Source of the DNA: Callorhinchus milii
Lineage: Eukaryota
DNA: 64,000 nucleotides
Reading direction: 5' to 3'
NCBI RefSeq assembly: GCF_018977255.1
Contig: NW_024704743.1
Location: forward strand, 45,634,001-45,698,000
Under the pieces are notes generated by a model, which worked only from the letters and a program-made list of their open reading frames with translations, searched no databases and was not told the DNA's origin. The first letter of the stretch is position 1. Each line of letters opens with the position of its first letter. Both the position numbers and the translations under genes were made by a program. Shown in pieces: positions 38,400 through 53,014 of the stretch.

Positions 38400-38872
38400 A
38401 GTCAGCCTGGTGCAGTGGTAGCACGCTCATCTCTGAAACAAGGTTATGGGTTCAAGCTCCACATTAGGACTTAGATCACATAGTCACATAGTCTAAGCTG
38501 ACGTCCAGCGTGGAGGGCGCTATATAAATCCAAGTTGTTGTTGTTGTTTGTTGCATTGTCGGAGGTGCCGGCCTTCGGATGAGACATTAAACTGAGGTCC
38601 TGTCTGACTGATCAGGTGGACTTTAAAGACCCCATGGAACTATACGAAAAAGAGAAGGGAGTTTCTCGCAATGTACTGACTACCAAATCCCCCAAATAAA
38701 ATGAGTCAATCACTTCATGGATGTTTGTTAGACACTGCGGACCATAAACTGACTGCTGCGCTTCATCCACAAAACACAGTCAAAAATGCTTTCTAGTATA
38801 TCCTTTAAAGCGCTTGGAGACGTCTCAATGGCATGGTAAGGCGCTATATCAAATGCAAGGATTATTATTATT
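38400..38872 (+). mobile_element. Older Deu-domain SINE
   Basis: tggtgcagtggtagcacgctc head, gagacattaaactgaggtcc, caggtggactttaaagacccc core, (att)n. Confidence 0.75.
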
Positions 38873-39027
38873 TTTACAGGACAGTTCACTTCCCATTTTC
38901 TCACTGATTCTTCAACAACAACAACAACAAGATTACATTTGTATAGCGCCTTTCACGTCGGGAGGACCTCCCAATTCAGTGCCTTGAACTGAATCCAGTG
39001 CCTTCAGTGCACTAATTCAGCACTGCT

Positions 39028-39945
39028 GTGCTGACAGAATATCTGTCAGACATCAAGTTCTGGATGAGAGCTAACTTTCTTCTTTTGAACGTCAACAAGA
39101 CCGAGGCTCTCCTGATTGGTTCCCATCAGCGCCTCCTCACCTCAGGCACTGACAGCATCACCATCCATGGTTGCACCCTCCACCTTACTAAGCCGGTCCA
39201 GAACCATGGGGTCTTGTTTGACCTTCAACTATCCTTTCTATCCCACATCTGTGCCATGACCCGCTCTGCCTTCCCCCACCTCCGCAACATCTCACGGCTC
39301 CGACACTGTCTCACACCGCAGGCCGCCAAAACCCTCATACACGCCTTCATTACATTGAGGCTCGACTATACAAACTCACTGCTTGTCGGCCTCCCCAACT
39401 ACTCCCTCCACAGCCTGCAGATCATCCAGTACTCTGCATCCCCTGTCCTCTCCCGCACTAGGCTCCGTGACCCCATCTCCCCCATCCTTGCCCAACTCCA
39501 CTGGCTTCCCATCACACAGAGGATACAGTTCAAGATCCTGGTCCTCGCCTTCAAAGCCCTCTAATGGCCTTGCTACCCCCTACCTCTCCAACCTCCTAAA
39601 CCCCTACCACCCTGTTCGCTCCCTCTGCTCAGCAGGCTCCGGCCTGCTTCATGTCCCCCGCCTTGCTCGCCCCATTATTGGCAGGCGGGCCTTCTATACC
39701 CACCCTCTGGAACTCCATCCAGCAGTCCCTCCGTCTCGCCCCCTCCCTCGCCACCTTCAAGACCCAACTCAAGACCCTCCTCTTTAACCGTGCTTTCGAT
39801 CTCCCTGCTTCCACCCCTGCCCTCCATCCTCCCCCACCCTGATCCCCCAGCTCGGGTCTGTAACTCTGTCTGTCCAGTGCCTTGAGACATCCTCCCGACG
39901 TGAAAGACACTATACAAATGTAATTTTGTTGTTGCTGTTGTTTGT
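39028..39945 (+). mobile_element. L2 LINE 3' fragment (reverse transcriptase C-terminus)
   Basis: LSDIKFWMRANFLLLNVNKTEALLIG and LHWLPITQRIQFKILVLAFKAL; (ttg)n tail. Confidence 0.95.
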
Positions 39946-40230
39946 GTACAATCGTCATCATATCTAGTCTTCCAGCATGCAAGAGAACAACAACTTGCAT
40001 TTATAAGCAACAGTGACCTTCACATATGATGCTCAGAGTGTGTTACAAGAGCAGACCTAGACATGAGCAAGAGAGAGGGGTGAAGGGGAAAGGAAGTTAG
40101 CCATAAGTGCATTCAAAGAGCTAGGATTTGAGGCAGGACTTTAATGACATAAAGAAAGAGCCCAGATGAAGGCCCGAGATTAGAGGCATAGGAACGGAGA
40201 GCTTGGTCATGAATGGCGTGATAAGCCCTA

Positions 40231-40559
40231 ATTATAATAATAATAATAATCCTTGCATTTGATATAGCGCTTTTCACGTCGGGAGGACGTCCCAAAGCGC
40301 TTCACAGAACACACTGTAAAGTGAATTGACTTATATCTGTGGGCGAACGCGGCAGCCAATTGCGCACAGCAATGTCCCACAAACAGTCGTAGATTGAAAA
40401 TGACCAATTTATTATTGTTTTTGGTTTTTGGAGGGATTATTATTAGGCTCTGTGTGGAGTAAGGAAACTTGCCCAAGGTTTCGCCCTGACCTGCCTGGAA
40501 TTGAACTCGGGTCTCTCGCTTGCAAAGCAAGTGCTCTAACCACTGAGCTGCAGGACTCC
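40231..40559 (-). mobile_element. tRNA-Ala-headed SINE, young short form
   Basis: Near-identical reverse complement of 35680-36015. Confidence 0.95.
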
Positions 40560-40799
40560 AGGACATGAATCTTTTGTTGCTTCAACAATCACGTAAAAAC
40601 CTTGATGTTTTCGTCTGTGCATTTCACTTATCCACCAAAAGAATATCAGGTCTATGATGCTTCCAAGTTAAGTCTCATCAATTCTCCTTCCTAAACTGTA
40701 AGTGTAGCAAGAGCACATTCTTGGTGTGCCGTGTATGAATTTGTGGGTGCCAGTCAGACAATACTATTAAGAATTCTTACATATGATGTAGATTCTTTC

Positions 40800-41200
40800 G
40801 TGGGAAGATGTCACAAAGCTCTTCACAGGATATACTGTAAAATGGAGTGACTGTGTGTACTTTGTGGGTGAATGTGACAGGCAATTTGCGCACAGCAATG
40901 TCCCACAAACAAATTTTGGAGTGTTGTTGACCAGGTTACTGGGAAAAATTCTCTACTCTTTGAAAACTGTAGTACCACGGGATTTTAACATCAACCTGAA
41001 CAGGCAAATGGGACCTTGATTTAACTTCTCATTCAAAGAACAGCACCTGCAACAATGCAGGTCACCCCTAGCACTGAAGGTCACAGCAATGCAGGTCACT
41101 AATGGAGTGACATCTTAGACTACATGATTTCAAAGTACTGAAGTGGGGCTTAAATCCACAACCTTCTGGTTTAGAAGCTACCAACCAAGCCAAGCTGACA
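40800..41200 (-). mobile_element. Older Deu-domain SINE
   Basis: ttgcgcacagcaatgtcccacaaac, aacatcaacctgaacaggc, ccacaaccttctg motifs. Confidence 0.7.
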
Positions 41201-43849
41201 ACCCACAATCTAGAGCTTGCTTTTCTAGTGGAGGTGTTTGGGGCAGTGTGTTTTACTTGTTATTCTTGGACTCCGGATTGGATTGACTATTTGCATAACC
41301 CTTCTTATTGTAACATAAGATCGTAATAACCAATGCAACCAGAGTCAGTAATGTTTGTTGACAAGAGATTGCATTGATGACATAATGCACAACATATTAT
41401 TGTTGCACTGAAATATTTATAGAACTAGTTACCAAAGATACATTATGTTCATTATGTTGTAAGCAGAATAAACATCATTTGTAAGAAATTTCCAGAGTCC
41501 AAAAGGAAGTGTGTGATTTCCATCTTGGCTGCCAAGTTGAAAAATTCAACCAACTTTACAGAAACCCCGACTGCTGCTATGATTCTCTAGTCATGCTGCT
41601 GGGCTGATAGTTGAATGTAAACTTTTCCTTGGCTGATATGTCCAAAACACTCTTTGTTGGATTTTTTGCTCGTTGCACTCATATTGATTGAGTGCATTTA
41701 ACCTGCATGCAACATCCTCCCAAGTTTTCCTTCTGACCTTGAGGTTAGGAGCCACTTTTGAATACTGCTTTGAGACATCTTCCTGACGTGAAAGGCACTA
41801 AACAAATATAATTTGTTGTTGTTGTTTATGCGTGTGCTGCTGGACACGGTCGTGCACTGAGAGGCCTTCTTCATACTTTAAGAAATTTTCCCAAAGATGC
41901 CAAGTCTTCTATTATTACTGTAAACATTTCACTTAAAGAATAATAAGGAATAATAACAAAATGAATAATTCAACTGTGTAACCAATAATAACTAACAATA
42001 AAACCTTGTGGTGAAGGTCAGAAAGTGTTCATTAGGTACATTATTTATAATCTAAGCGACATACAGGAGAACACATTTCACCATGGAGTTTTCTTTGGGG
42101 GTAGAGAAAAGAGGGTCTAAAATACTAATAATAATCCTTCCATTTGCGCCTTATCACATCTTCAAAATGACTCAAAGTGCTTCACAGAATATACTGTAAA
42201 TTGAATTGACTGTGTTCTGTGGGCAAAACATGGAAAAGACATGTTTCCATGAGAAATCATCAGTCTGACTCAGGTGGCAGCAAACAGGTGGTAAAGGCCA
42301 GGATGCCTGACATTTAAGAAGCAGCTTGATACCCTGAGGGGAGTGGGAACAGTAGGGTGGGTATTCTGGAGGAATGCGATCAATGGGCCAAAGGGCCTTC
42401 TTCATCCAAACCAACCTTATGATTTGTTTGAAAACAAATATGCATAAAGAAGCTAAGCATCAAAGTCACAACTCTTGACAGCCACCCCATGCTCTGAGTT
42501 ACATCAATAGTCAGTAAGTATGACTACTGATAAAATACACAAGCTATCATCTTATTTGATTAGGCTGAATGGTACCATCTTAGTGGTACTAAAGCAAGTA
42601 CAAAATAATTTTAATAAATACAGTGGCTACATAACTAGTTCACATCTATTTTAGCACCCAATGTAACTTTTAAAATAGACAATAGATATCCAGAGATATG
42701 GTGGTGGTGTATTACACTCAATCCTTCCACCTCTGAAATTGACTTTCAGAAGAAATAGAATACTTAAGAACCATTAAACAGTGTCTTATCCACTTGCACT
42801 GATAAATACACTTTTTTAAGTAAAAAAAATAATTTCCATCCACAGTTAATTTTTAAAGTCTGAATTTTCCAATTTTGTTTGGTATTCGCACCCGGTTGGA
42901 AGTGCAATTTCAGGAGCACCTTTTGAGTGTATTCCAGCTCGGCAAATTTCCCAATCGAAGAGGTAAACAGAGGTTCTAAATTTATCAATTTTCACAGAAT
43001 TTACCCTGGTTTGTATTAAAATAACTTTAATGGTACTTAAGAATGCTTGGATTTTGCCACCTGGAAAAGATGGCAGTCCTATTCAACCACTGCAGGAGGA
43101 ACAAAGGTTGGAGTTTCACTGAAATTGTCAAATTAGTGTTTAAATAATAATAATAATAAGTCAAGTGCTCCCAGTAGTCTCATTACTATTTTGCTACAAT
43201 TTGCTATTTCTTCCCACAACATAATGCTTGTTCATTTCCTTTCATTCTCATAGTTTCATCTACTAATAGGCAATAAATGAACAAGTGACATGTAGCTCTG
43301 ATACTGTATGTTGAATAAACTGAATTTAATGCCACACTGCTCTAAGTTGACGTTATGTCAAGGTTACTATCATTGTAATCTGTAAACAATTTTTTTTCAA
43401 AAGGCCAAAGCACCTTGAAGTAAATTAAAGTAATTTGAACCCAAAACAAGGCGAATCAATTTCCCTGAGTTAGTGTCACTGGATACAATGTTGTAACAAA
43501 AATAACCTTCAAAGAATTTTCTCCATGATTGTTCTGCGTTTAGTTAAATAGTTGAAGTGTTCTTTAATGCCTTGCATTATGCAGACAGCTCTGTAACTAA
43601 AAAGATTACACTTTTTATTCTCAGGCTGCTGATATCTATTTAAACAGCTGCATTTTGAATGCGGTAAAGTAACAGAAAAATCTAACTTTAAAAAATAGTT
43701 GCGGCTTCAGAAACAGGAAACATGGAAGACACTGATTAGATGTCTGCAGTGTAAGGATGTTACTACTGTCACTCTCTGTATGTCCCTTATTCAATATAAG
43801 AAGGGGGAGATTGCGAAGGTTATGGCCCTGGGGAAAAGGCAGGTAAATG

Positions 43850-44870
43850 GAACTTTCAAAGCCCCGACCCCTATCCCTCCTCGACTCCCCCACGGTCGCC
43901 CTCTGCTCCTCCCTTCACATTCTCCGTCGTGCCCACCATGGTAGACGCCGTCGGCTGTCCTACAGCACCCACCCTGACTGCCCCTTCCCCCACTCTCACC
44001 GCAAGGCCCACCGGCCCTCACCCACGGGAGCCAACTTTCCTCCCTCACTCACATCCCCATCCAACTCGTCTGCCCACCCCCTCATCTCCCCCACACTCCC
44101 ACCACAAACTGTCCCCTCCACATTGGTCTGCAGAACGTCCGCTCATTAACCAACAAGTCCCTCACAATCCAAGGAAAATATCGACATCCTCTCCCTCACC
44201 GAAACCTGGGTCATCCCAGGCAACACCTTCTCACTAGTTGAGGCCACACCTCCAGGTTACACCTTTCACCAAACCCCACGGCTTAACCGCCATGGCGGTG
44301 GTGTGGCTCTCATTTCCCAGTCCCCCCTCGGCCTTTCCCCTTACTCCTCTGGAACCTTCCCCTCCTTTGAACACCTTACCCTCTACCACCCCTCCAAGCT
44401 TTCCCTCAAAATCCTCCTTGTTTACCATCCTCCAAGCTTTCCCCCACCTTCCTCTCGGACATCTCCACCCTCCTATCTTCCCTCTCCCTCTGCTCTGAAT
44501 GCCTCCTAATCTTACACGACTTCAACCTCCACTTCACCCCCTCCTGCTCTACCTCTGCCGACTTCTCCTCCCTCCTCTCTTCCCTTAACCTTTCCCTCCT
44601 CATCCACTCTCCCACCCACGACTGTGGCCACTCCCTTGACCTGGTGATCACCTGGGGCTCACCGTCTTGGACATCACCATCATCGATAAAGCCATCTCGG
44701 ACCACCACTTCATCTCCCTCAACACCTCCATACCCCTTCCCCTTTCTCAACCCTCCACCAACACATACCGTCCGTGGNAAAAAAATTCCTCCCTCTCCCT
44801 CTCCACTGCCCTGGAGTCATCTGAACTCCTATAGCTCTGGCCCTCCCTGACTGATCTCCCCTCCTCACTC
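43850..44870 (+). mobile_element. L2 LINE ORF2 5' fragment (APE endonuclease), frameshifted
   Basis: QNVRSL, DILSLTETW, DFNLH, THDCGHSLDLVI, SDHH motifs readable across frames. Confidence 0.88.
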
Positions 44871-44871
44871 A

Positions 44872-45235
44872 ATGACAACAACAATAACTTGGATTTATAT
44901 AGTGCCCTCCACGCCAGACGGCGACTCAGAGAGCTTCACAGTAACGGATCCTGGGGCCAAGCGAGGGGTAGGGGGAAGAAGGTGACCAAAGGCGCAGTCG
45001 AAAAGAAAAGTCTTCAGCCGAAACCTGAAAATAGGAAGAGAGAGTGCGAGGCGAAGGAAGTGAGGAAGGGAGTTCCAGAGCATCGGGGCATAGTGGCTGC
45101 CAATGGTGGAACGGAGGACTCGGGGGACAAGGAGGAGGCCAGACCCAGAGGATTGAAGACAACGGGTACTGTTTTGAGGAGGGAGGAGGTCAGAGAGGTA
45201 GGGGGTGCAGAGGAGTGGAGGGATTTGAAGACAAA
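44872..45235 (-). mobile_element. L2 LINE 3' end
   Basis: ORF 44895-45245: PYLSDLL..SSGSGLLLVP..APMLWNSLP..LKTFLF. Confidence 0.85.
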
Positions 45236-48200
45236 ATGGAGACAAAATGTATCAACAAATTCAAAAGGAAATTATAAAGCTATTTAGCAAAATAATTCAA
45301 TTAAGTGGTATCACATATAGTGTAGGATTTTTTTTAACAAAAGTTTTATGTTGGAAGGTCTTCAATGTCTAAAGCAGTAGAGCCTCTGAGAAAAGACATC
45401 AGTCTTGAGATAAGAAGTTTTAGAGGGGACCCTGAAGAAGTGCATACCACTTTAAATTGGATTGAAAAACTAAACCCAGAATGCATTAAGACAGTAGATC
45501 AAGAGGCCATAGGCTTAGAGTTACAAAGGGAAATTGCAGGGCAGTTACCCAGAGGGTAATTCACAACTGGAGAAGGTTGCCAGGAAGGGTACTTGAGGTC
45601 AGGAAACTGGATTCATTTTTTTAAAAAAAACAGCTTGATGCTGTGATGGGAGGATAGCAGGGCAGGTCTTCTGGAAGGATGAGATCAGATGGGCTAAAGG
45701 GCTTTCTTCACCCAAACTAATCTTACGATCTTGTGTTCTTGTTGTACTGTGCTCATTCAGATACTTTTCAATGCTTCTGAAAATTACTGGAACAAAAGCT
45801 GCTCTGGAATGAAAGCACTGACTCGAGCACCATAACCAATCTGAACATTTATGCTATATGAGAAGTGGATAGTACGAATGATCAATCTGACTCCAGTGGC
45901 CACCTGACTGAAACTAGCTGCGAATCAGAGCTGATCATCCTATGTTTCTGGATGTTCTGACACAAACAAAGCCTTTTATTCTTCGTCAGGAACATTGGTG
46001 AAGGCTGTATTCCTATTAGATCTTGGCTTGGGACATCCTCCCAACGTGAAAGGTGCCATATAACTGTAAATTTGTTAAATAATTTTGTTACTTATAGAAA
46101 AACTTTTTTCTCACATCACAAGCACATAACACACAGTGTTATATTTCCAGTAATATTTGCACACTTTCTGTTCAAAGTCACCAATGACATTCTGAACATC
46201 TGTGATCAGGGCTCCCTCTGCCTCCTTGTCCTCCTCGACCACTCTGTCGCCTTCAACACTGTCGACCACTCCATCCTCATACACAAAATAGATATCAGTG
46301 TTTTATTTTTTTTCAATGAAAACATAATTATTTGTGGGTTGACAATTATGAGTCTTTCTGAAATAATATCTTCTCTGAGTTTTGTATCTTGGAATAAACT
46401 ATTATTGAACTTCCTTTTCTTTTGGCGTTCATTGGAACCAGTGTGGTTGTTATTTGCATGTAGTGATATGTGATTATGAGTTTCTATCTGGTAGTTATAT
46501 CAAGAGACATTGTGTCCTTCTATGTTTGACGCAATGAACAACATGACTAATCTCTGGGTTTGATCTATTTAGATCCATTAGTGCATGCGTTCTGAATAAA
46601 TCCTCAACCTCCATGTTTACTTATACAACTGGTCATAAGACCATAAGAATGTAAGAATTGCTAGGCAAAATAAGACCAAGGTCCATCGAGTTTACCTTCC
46701 ACCATCCTGGCAGTCGCATGCCCATGTCATGTCCCAAACTACTGTATATACTCTATCCCAAGATATTATTTCCTAAAGGAAATCTATATAATTTGCTTTT
46801 GAAAGAATTAACACTTTCTCCTTCCATTTTATCCCTAGGAAGCCTGTTCCATACCTCACAAAGAGTCCATCAGTGAGGCCTTCGCCTGCTCTTCCTCAAT
46901 CCCCCAAATTAATAGTTTAGTTATTACTGATCTTCTCGAAGAAACGCCTTGTCTAGTGGATTAGCTATATCAATATTAACAAGAGCTATTCAGTCAAAAT
47001 GAGTCCATGACTACATCTGTTATTTGGTTCTGTTTTTATTGCAAGCAAATGTATTTACTGTTTTTGCTTCAAGGCAAAATGTTTGCTTGGAAGCATTGTT
47101 ACCTTCACGTCTTCCACACCCCAGTATCAGTGTTGTACTGTATTTAGAAAACTGCTTTGTAATGATTTGTCACCTCCTCCTGATGTGATATAAACATGTA
47201 ATTTGTTGTTGTTGTTGTCTTCAGCAGCAAAGGCTACCCAACAATTAAGTTAGATGACGTTTTGTAAATGTAGTGGGTTTAGGGTGTCTTTAACATTATA
47301 TTTTTGTTTCCTTCTCCGGTCTTTATCCCATTTCAATATCATACATTCTTTCTCCCTTTTTTCAGAGCCCAACCGTGGGTGTTAGTACTTCCTGACAAGG
47401 TATCTTTATGGCACATGAATCATTACACAGCCTGCAGTGCATTTATCTCTAGCTATGATGAAATCCACCCTATCTCAACTGACATCCCATTCCAGGAAAT
47501 GTCTGTGGCATGGTCTGTCTGATAATTGGATTATTGTAAGTATTATTTTATATGCCATTGATTCCATGAGCTTTAATTATCGAGTTTGATATGTGAAACT
47601 TTACAAAAACATCTCCTGAAAATCCTAGTAAATTATATCAATGCGAGAACCTTCATCCTCCAATTTCGTGACTTCTTCAAGGAATTCCAGTAGTTTTGCA
47701 TGGAATGATCTATTTCTTCCAAGCCTACATTGAGCACTTCTGATAGTGGAGTTTAAATTGCCATAATTTTAAATGCAATTCCTTAGTTCAGAAGCACATC
47801 ATGCCGACTCGCGAAAACTGCCCCTGATACGAAGTGCTTCTGGACCAGAGTTCCTTCAAGTTGGAATGACGTCTTTCTGGTGACTGGAACAACGGCTTGG
47901 TGTACAAGTTTTTTATTCTTTTGGTTTTGTTTGATCCTGATACATCGTGATGTAGTATAGGAAATTTACCAGGCTTCCTACTCCACATCGCTGTGCTGCT
48001 GGAAGAGAAGGAATTGAGTTCCCAAGGGCAGGTAGCACCCATGGAATTGAAACACAGCAAAGTTTGCCTACAGGCAAGAAAAAGGATTGAAAATTCACAA
48101 AAATTGTTAGTTGAATTTTTTAAACAAAAATAGTTTTTGGTGCAAACCAAATTAACGCTGTGTTTATGATTGCAGGAGCACAGCTGTTTCTCTTCCAGCA

Positions 48201-49604
48201 GTAATAATGTAATCCTTGCAATTGATAAAGCCTTATCATGTCATCGAGACGTCTCAAAGTGCTTCACAGTATTTTACATAACGTGCAGTCGCGGTGTTTT
48301 TGTAGGGGACTGACACTTTGCAACAGAATGTCCTATAAAAAAGCCAAGTGAATTACCAATTTTATCTGGAGGAAAGTACAGTCGATTGCACACTTTTGCA
48401 TGGGAATGGAACACCAAAACTGGCTCTTGGTTTTAATATTAAAAATGTTCTTTAACAACATTTTTTTAAAAATGGGTTTGTTCGAAGTTCCCAGGCCTTC
48501 AGACTAAGAGCTTTGAGCAGACAATGCATTCTTGGATATAAATCCCTGCCTAAATCACCATGATTCACCACAAAACGTGCGGTATTGACCTAGTGTCAAG
48601 CAACTGAGAAAGTTATTGGAGTTTGAATGAGTGCGCATTTGACAATTGTGTGTACAGTAATTTGACACATCATTTCAACTCTTAGGTTATGCTGATCTGG
48701 TTAATTTATTGATATTTGATCAACCTCACTTTTTGCACATGAGATAATTTCAAAACGAATCTCTTCAGACTTGTTACTTTTAATCAGCCGGTCATTTTAA
48801 TGATCTTCTAAATCTACAGACTTAGTGTTGGGTTGCCAATTGTCAAACAGAGTTTAAATCCATACAGCCAGAGGCTTAATTTAGCTTCATCCAAGAGTAT
48901 TTCCAATGTCATTCAGGATACATTCTATTTGAAATCTGGTTGCAATCAGTTCTGTGACACAGAACAAACGTTGAAGCAATCTTAATAAACACGCTCTCTT
49001 TTGTATTTACTTTCAGAGTAACTTTAATTTATCTCTGCTAACCAAAAAATATTCAAAAAGTATAAATATATTTAAATAGTTCTGGAATTAATCCCTTAAT
49101 TCAACACGTCTGTCTCTCCAACCTACTCAGTTTGTTGACAAGATTCATGCAATAGTGAATCTATTGCTTTTGTCAATCGACCATGTGCTGCCTAAAGTCA
49201 TACATGGATAGGAGCATGAAGCTAAAGTTACTCAGCCCATCCATAATCTAAATAGCAGCCTTGGTAGCATAGGAATACTGATTTGCTTCCAGTAAATAGA
49301 ATTAAATTTAACAATATTTTATTTGGAAATTTGCTGGCATTCGAACCATAATATTAGCAGCCCTTCTTATTAATTTCATATTGCAGGTAAATGCATGCCC
49401 CTCTTGACAAAAGAGTATGTCTGTTCCAGTTTTCTTTTACCCAGCATTTTGCAGTGGCTTATTTGCAAAGGTCATGTGAGAGAGAGAGAGACAGACAGAC
49501 AGAAATAAATAGATTTTTATAGCACCTTATAATCATAGAACGTTATTTTCAAATAAGACAATGTCTTATCCACCTGAACAAGCAGACAGGTGGATCTCAG
49601 TTTA

Positions 49605-50708
49605 ACATCTCATCTCAAGTACATAACAAAATTGGCTGGGAGACAGAAAGCAGAGAATAGTGTTAAATGGTTGTTTTTCAGATTGATGGGAAGTCTGGTG
49701 TCCCACTGGGTCAGTATTAGGTTTGCTGCTCCTTTTGATATATGTGAATGACTTGGACTTGGGGATGGAGAACGAGCAACATCTTAAAGTTTGCAGATGA
49801 CACAAAACTTGGGAACATAGTAAACAGTGAGCAGGATAGTAGTAGACTGCAGAAGGACATAGACAGACTGGTGAAATGGGCAGACACGTGGTCAATGAAG
49901 TTTAATGTAGAGAAGTGTGAGGTAGTACATCTTGGGAGGAAGAATGAGAAGAGGCAATATACAATAAATGTTACAGTTTTAAAGGGGGTACAGGAATAAG
50001 GGACTGGGGGTTCACATACACAAGTCTTTGAAGGAGGCAGGACAGGTCAATAAAGCTGTTAAAAAAGCTTATGGGATCCTTGGCTTTATAAATAGAGACA
50101 TAGTGTACAAAAGCAATGAAGTTCTGCTATCCCTTTATAAGTCACCGATTAGGCCTCAGCTGGAGTATTGTGTCCAATTCTGAGCACCACACTTTAGGAA
50201 GGATATCAAGGCCTTGGAGAGTGTGCAGAGGAGATTTACCAGAATGGTACGAGGGATGAGGGACATCAGTTATGTGGAGAGATTACAGAGACTGGGATTG
50301 TTCTCCTTAGAGCAGAGAAGGTTAAGGGGAGATTTAATAGAGGTGCTCAAAATTATGAGGGGTATAGAGTAGATAGGGAGAAATTGTTTCCAATGGCAGG
50401 TGGATCAGTAACCAGGGGATACCGTTTCAAGAAATTGATAAAAGAACCAGAGGGGAGATGAGGAGAATTTTTTTTACACAGAGAGTTGTTAGGGTCTGGA
50501 ATGTACTGCCTGAAAGGATGGTGGAAGGAGATTTATTAACAACTTTCAAAAGTGAATTAGATAGATACTTGAAGTAGAAAAATTTGCAAGGATATGGGAA
50601 AAGAACGGGGGACTGGGACTGATTGGGTAGCTCTTCCAAAGAGCTGGCACAGGCACGATGGGCCGAATGGCCTCCTTCTGTACTGTAATATTCTATGATT
50701 CTATGATT
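49605..50708 (+). mobile_element. CR1 LINE 3' fragment (RT), ending in (attctatg)n
   Basis: KFADDTKLG..LQKDIDRLVKWADTWSMKFNVEKCEVVHLG; gggccgaatggcctcc 3' UTR; octamer tail. Confidence 0.95.
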
Positions 50709-51778
50709 TCTGACAATGCAATACTCCCCAGCAGTGTAATAGAGAGTAACCTTCCCAGGGTGGTCCAACTTGTGGTCCATGGGCTGCATCCAGCTTGGAG
50801 GATGATCTTCTCTGGCCTGTGTCCAGAGCCTAGGCTTGGTCTGACCTGACGAGAAAAACAAGGCACCAGTTAGCAGCAGAACTTGTCAATCACTTAAACC
50901 AGTAACAGGAGAGAGAGAGACATGCAGACAGAGAGAGACAGGGAAATACAGAGACACAGACAGACAGAGAAATAGAGAGAATCAGAGACACACAGAGAGA
51001 GATACTCACAGACAGAGACTCACACAGAGAAAAATCCAGAGACACACACAGATATAGAGAGAGACACAGAGACAGATAATGTACCTTGCCGCTGGCAGTA
51101 TAATTGTTTTAAAATTTGTATGAATTTTTACATTGCCTATTTAAAGTTTGCTTTGTAATTTTTAGTGAAATTAAGTAATACAGTTACACAATTCAAGACA
51201 TAGGATTTCTATATGATTTCGATATGATTCAGTACCCAACCTCGATCCCCAGGGGGCTCAAGAGTAGATCAATTCACCCAAACAGCAGCCTGTCTGTCAG
51301 TGCCTGAATTTGTTTTTGGAGTAATGTTTTAAGTATTAAAACGCCTTTGAGCTTTCACTTGATTTTTACATTATGTATCTATGACCTAATGTCAGCCAGT
51401 GACATCTCCATTGCAAAATGCCTTGATAACTTGAAAGATTTTCTTCCCCCCATTTCTTCACTTTCTTTCCTCTCCCCCAACCCCACTCCCATCCCAAACC
51501 ATTGTGGTTTGCCCCGTGGTCCTGTAGAGTTAGGAAGACTTGTTATCTAGATAGTTTAAGAAGTTGTGTTGGAAGGAGATGTGGGAATCTGGTGGGTTAG
51601 CAGGATTGTGTCATTTTCTTTTGCTGTCTGATTGGTATTGTGACTTCGCTTGCACCCCTAACATGCCTTTCCTCCTTGGCCTACCCCAATCCCAGATCAG
51701 ATGTAACAAAGTCAGATTTGTACAGCACCTTGTGTGAGGCACTCCAAATCTCTGACATGGTACACTCTGGTCGTTTGT

Positions 51779-52166
51779 GGAGTCTTGTATCTTAGTGGTT
51801 AGAACATTCACCTCGCAAGCAAGAGGACCTGGGTTCAATTCCCGGGCAGGGTAAAATCTTAGACAAGTTTCTTTACTCCATTTGCCTCTGTTTACCTAAC
51901 AGTAGGTAGGAACACAGTTGTTAGTCGATTGGTGGATCGCTTTTATGGGGGGGGGGGGTAAAAGAACATTTAATAAAAAAAATTAAAAATTGGTCACTCA
52001 ATCCACGACTATTTGTGGGACACTGCTGTGCGCAATTGGCTACCAGGTTTCACCCCAAAAAATATACAGTCAATTCATTTCACGGTATATTCCTGTGAAA
52101 CGCTTTGAAATGTCTTGAAGATGTGATGAGGCGTGATATCAAACGCAAGGATTATTATTATTATTA
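51779..52166 (+). mobile_element. tRNA-derived SINE, long form
   Basis: Homologous to 18277-18641. Confidence 0.88.
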
Positions 52167-53014
52167 CAGCTTATGTTTCTGGGAAGGAAACGTAACAATA
52201 TTGCTCATGCACTTTGCGGACATTTCTCAAATCCAGCATCCAGCCCACAGCAGCCAAAAGGTTAGACCACTCTGGCCTAAATGGTGAGCTCAAAGTTGTT
52301 GTGGGTTTAAACCCACAATCTTCTGACCCAGAGACATATCTGTAAATGTGACACAGGAGATTGTGAAAAGACCCAGCGGAAAAGATTCACTCGGTTGGTG
52401 TATCTAACAGATCTGTTTTCATCTAGTTTCCATTGATGGGAGCAGGGCAAAGCATACTTCCTACTCCTGGATGTGGATTCCATCATTCAATCACAAGTAA
52501 CAGAGCCAATACTGATTCCTCCGTTGGCCAGATTTGCCAAGCAGAACCATCACAACGTAAAATCACACAATTAAACCTTCTGAAATGGATTTCGCTATTA
52601 CTGCAAAGTAAGGTGATTTGAATCAAATATTGCTCATAATTAATACAATCATCCAGTGAACGTCTGTTTCCAAAAAAAGGAAGATCATTTTAAAATAACT
52701 AAAGCTTGAAATGGTTCAAAGTGAAACAGGAAAACAATCCTTCACACAAAGGGTTGTGAGAATGTGGACTGCAATGCCCCAGAGAACCATAGATGCAGAA
52801 TCAATTGAGATGTTTAAAAGTGAGATAAATGTATACTTGCCAAACACAAGCATTAAATGACATTGAGGAGGGAAATATAATTTAAAATATAATAAGTTGC
52901 CATTATCTAAATAAAACAAGGAAACAGGCTTGACAGGCGGAATGTTTTGTCTTGGCTCTACATTTCATTGTTCTTACAATTATGGCTTATGATCAGGGTC
53001 AGTTGAAATACATC

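Noticed and set aside
39028..39564. Functional reverse transcriptase genes (also 25217, 26922, 49748)
   Set aside because: Truncated, frameshifted L2/CR1 fragments.
11021..50769. One giant hAT element bounded by the matching termini at 11021-11034 and 50756-50769
   Set aside because: The termini face outward (right end first, left end second), so they belong to separate insertions.
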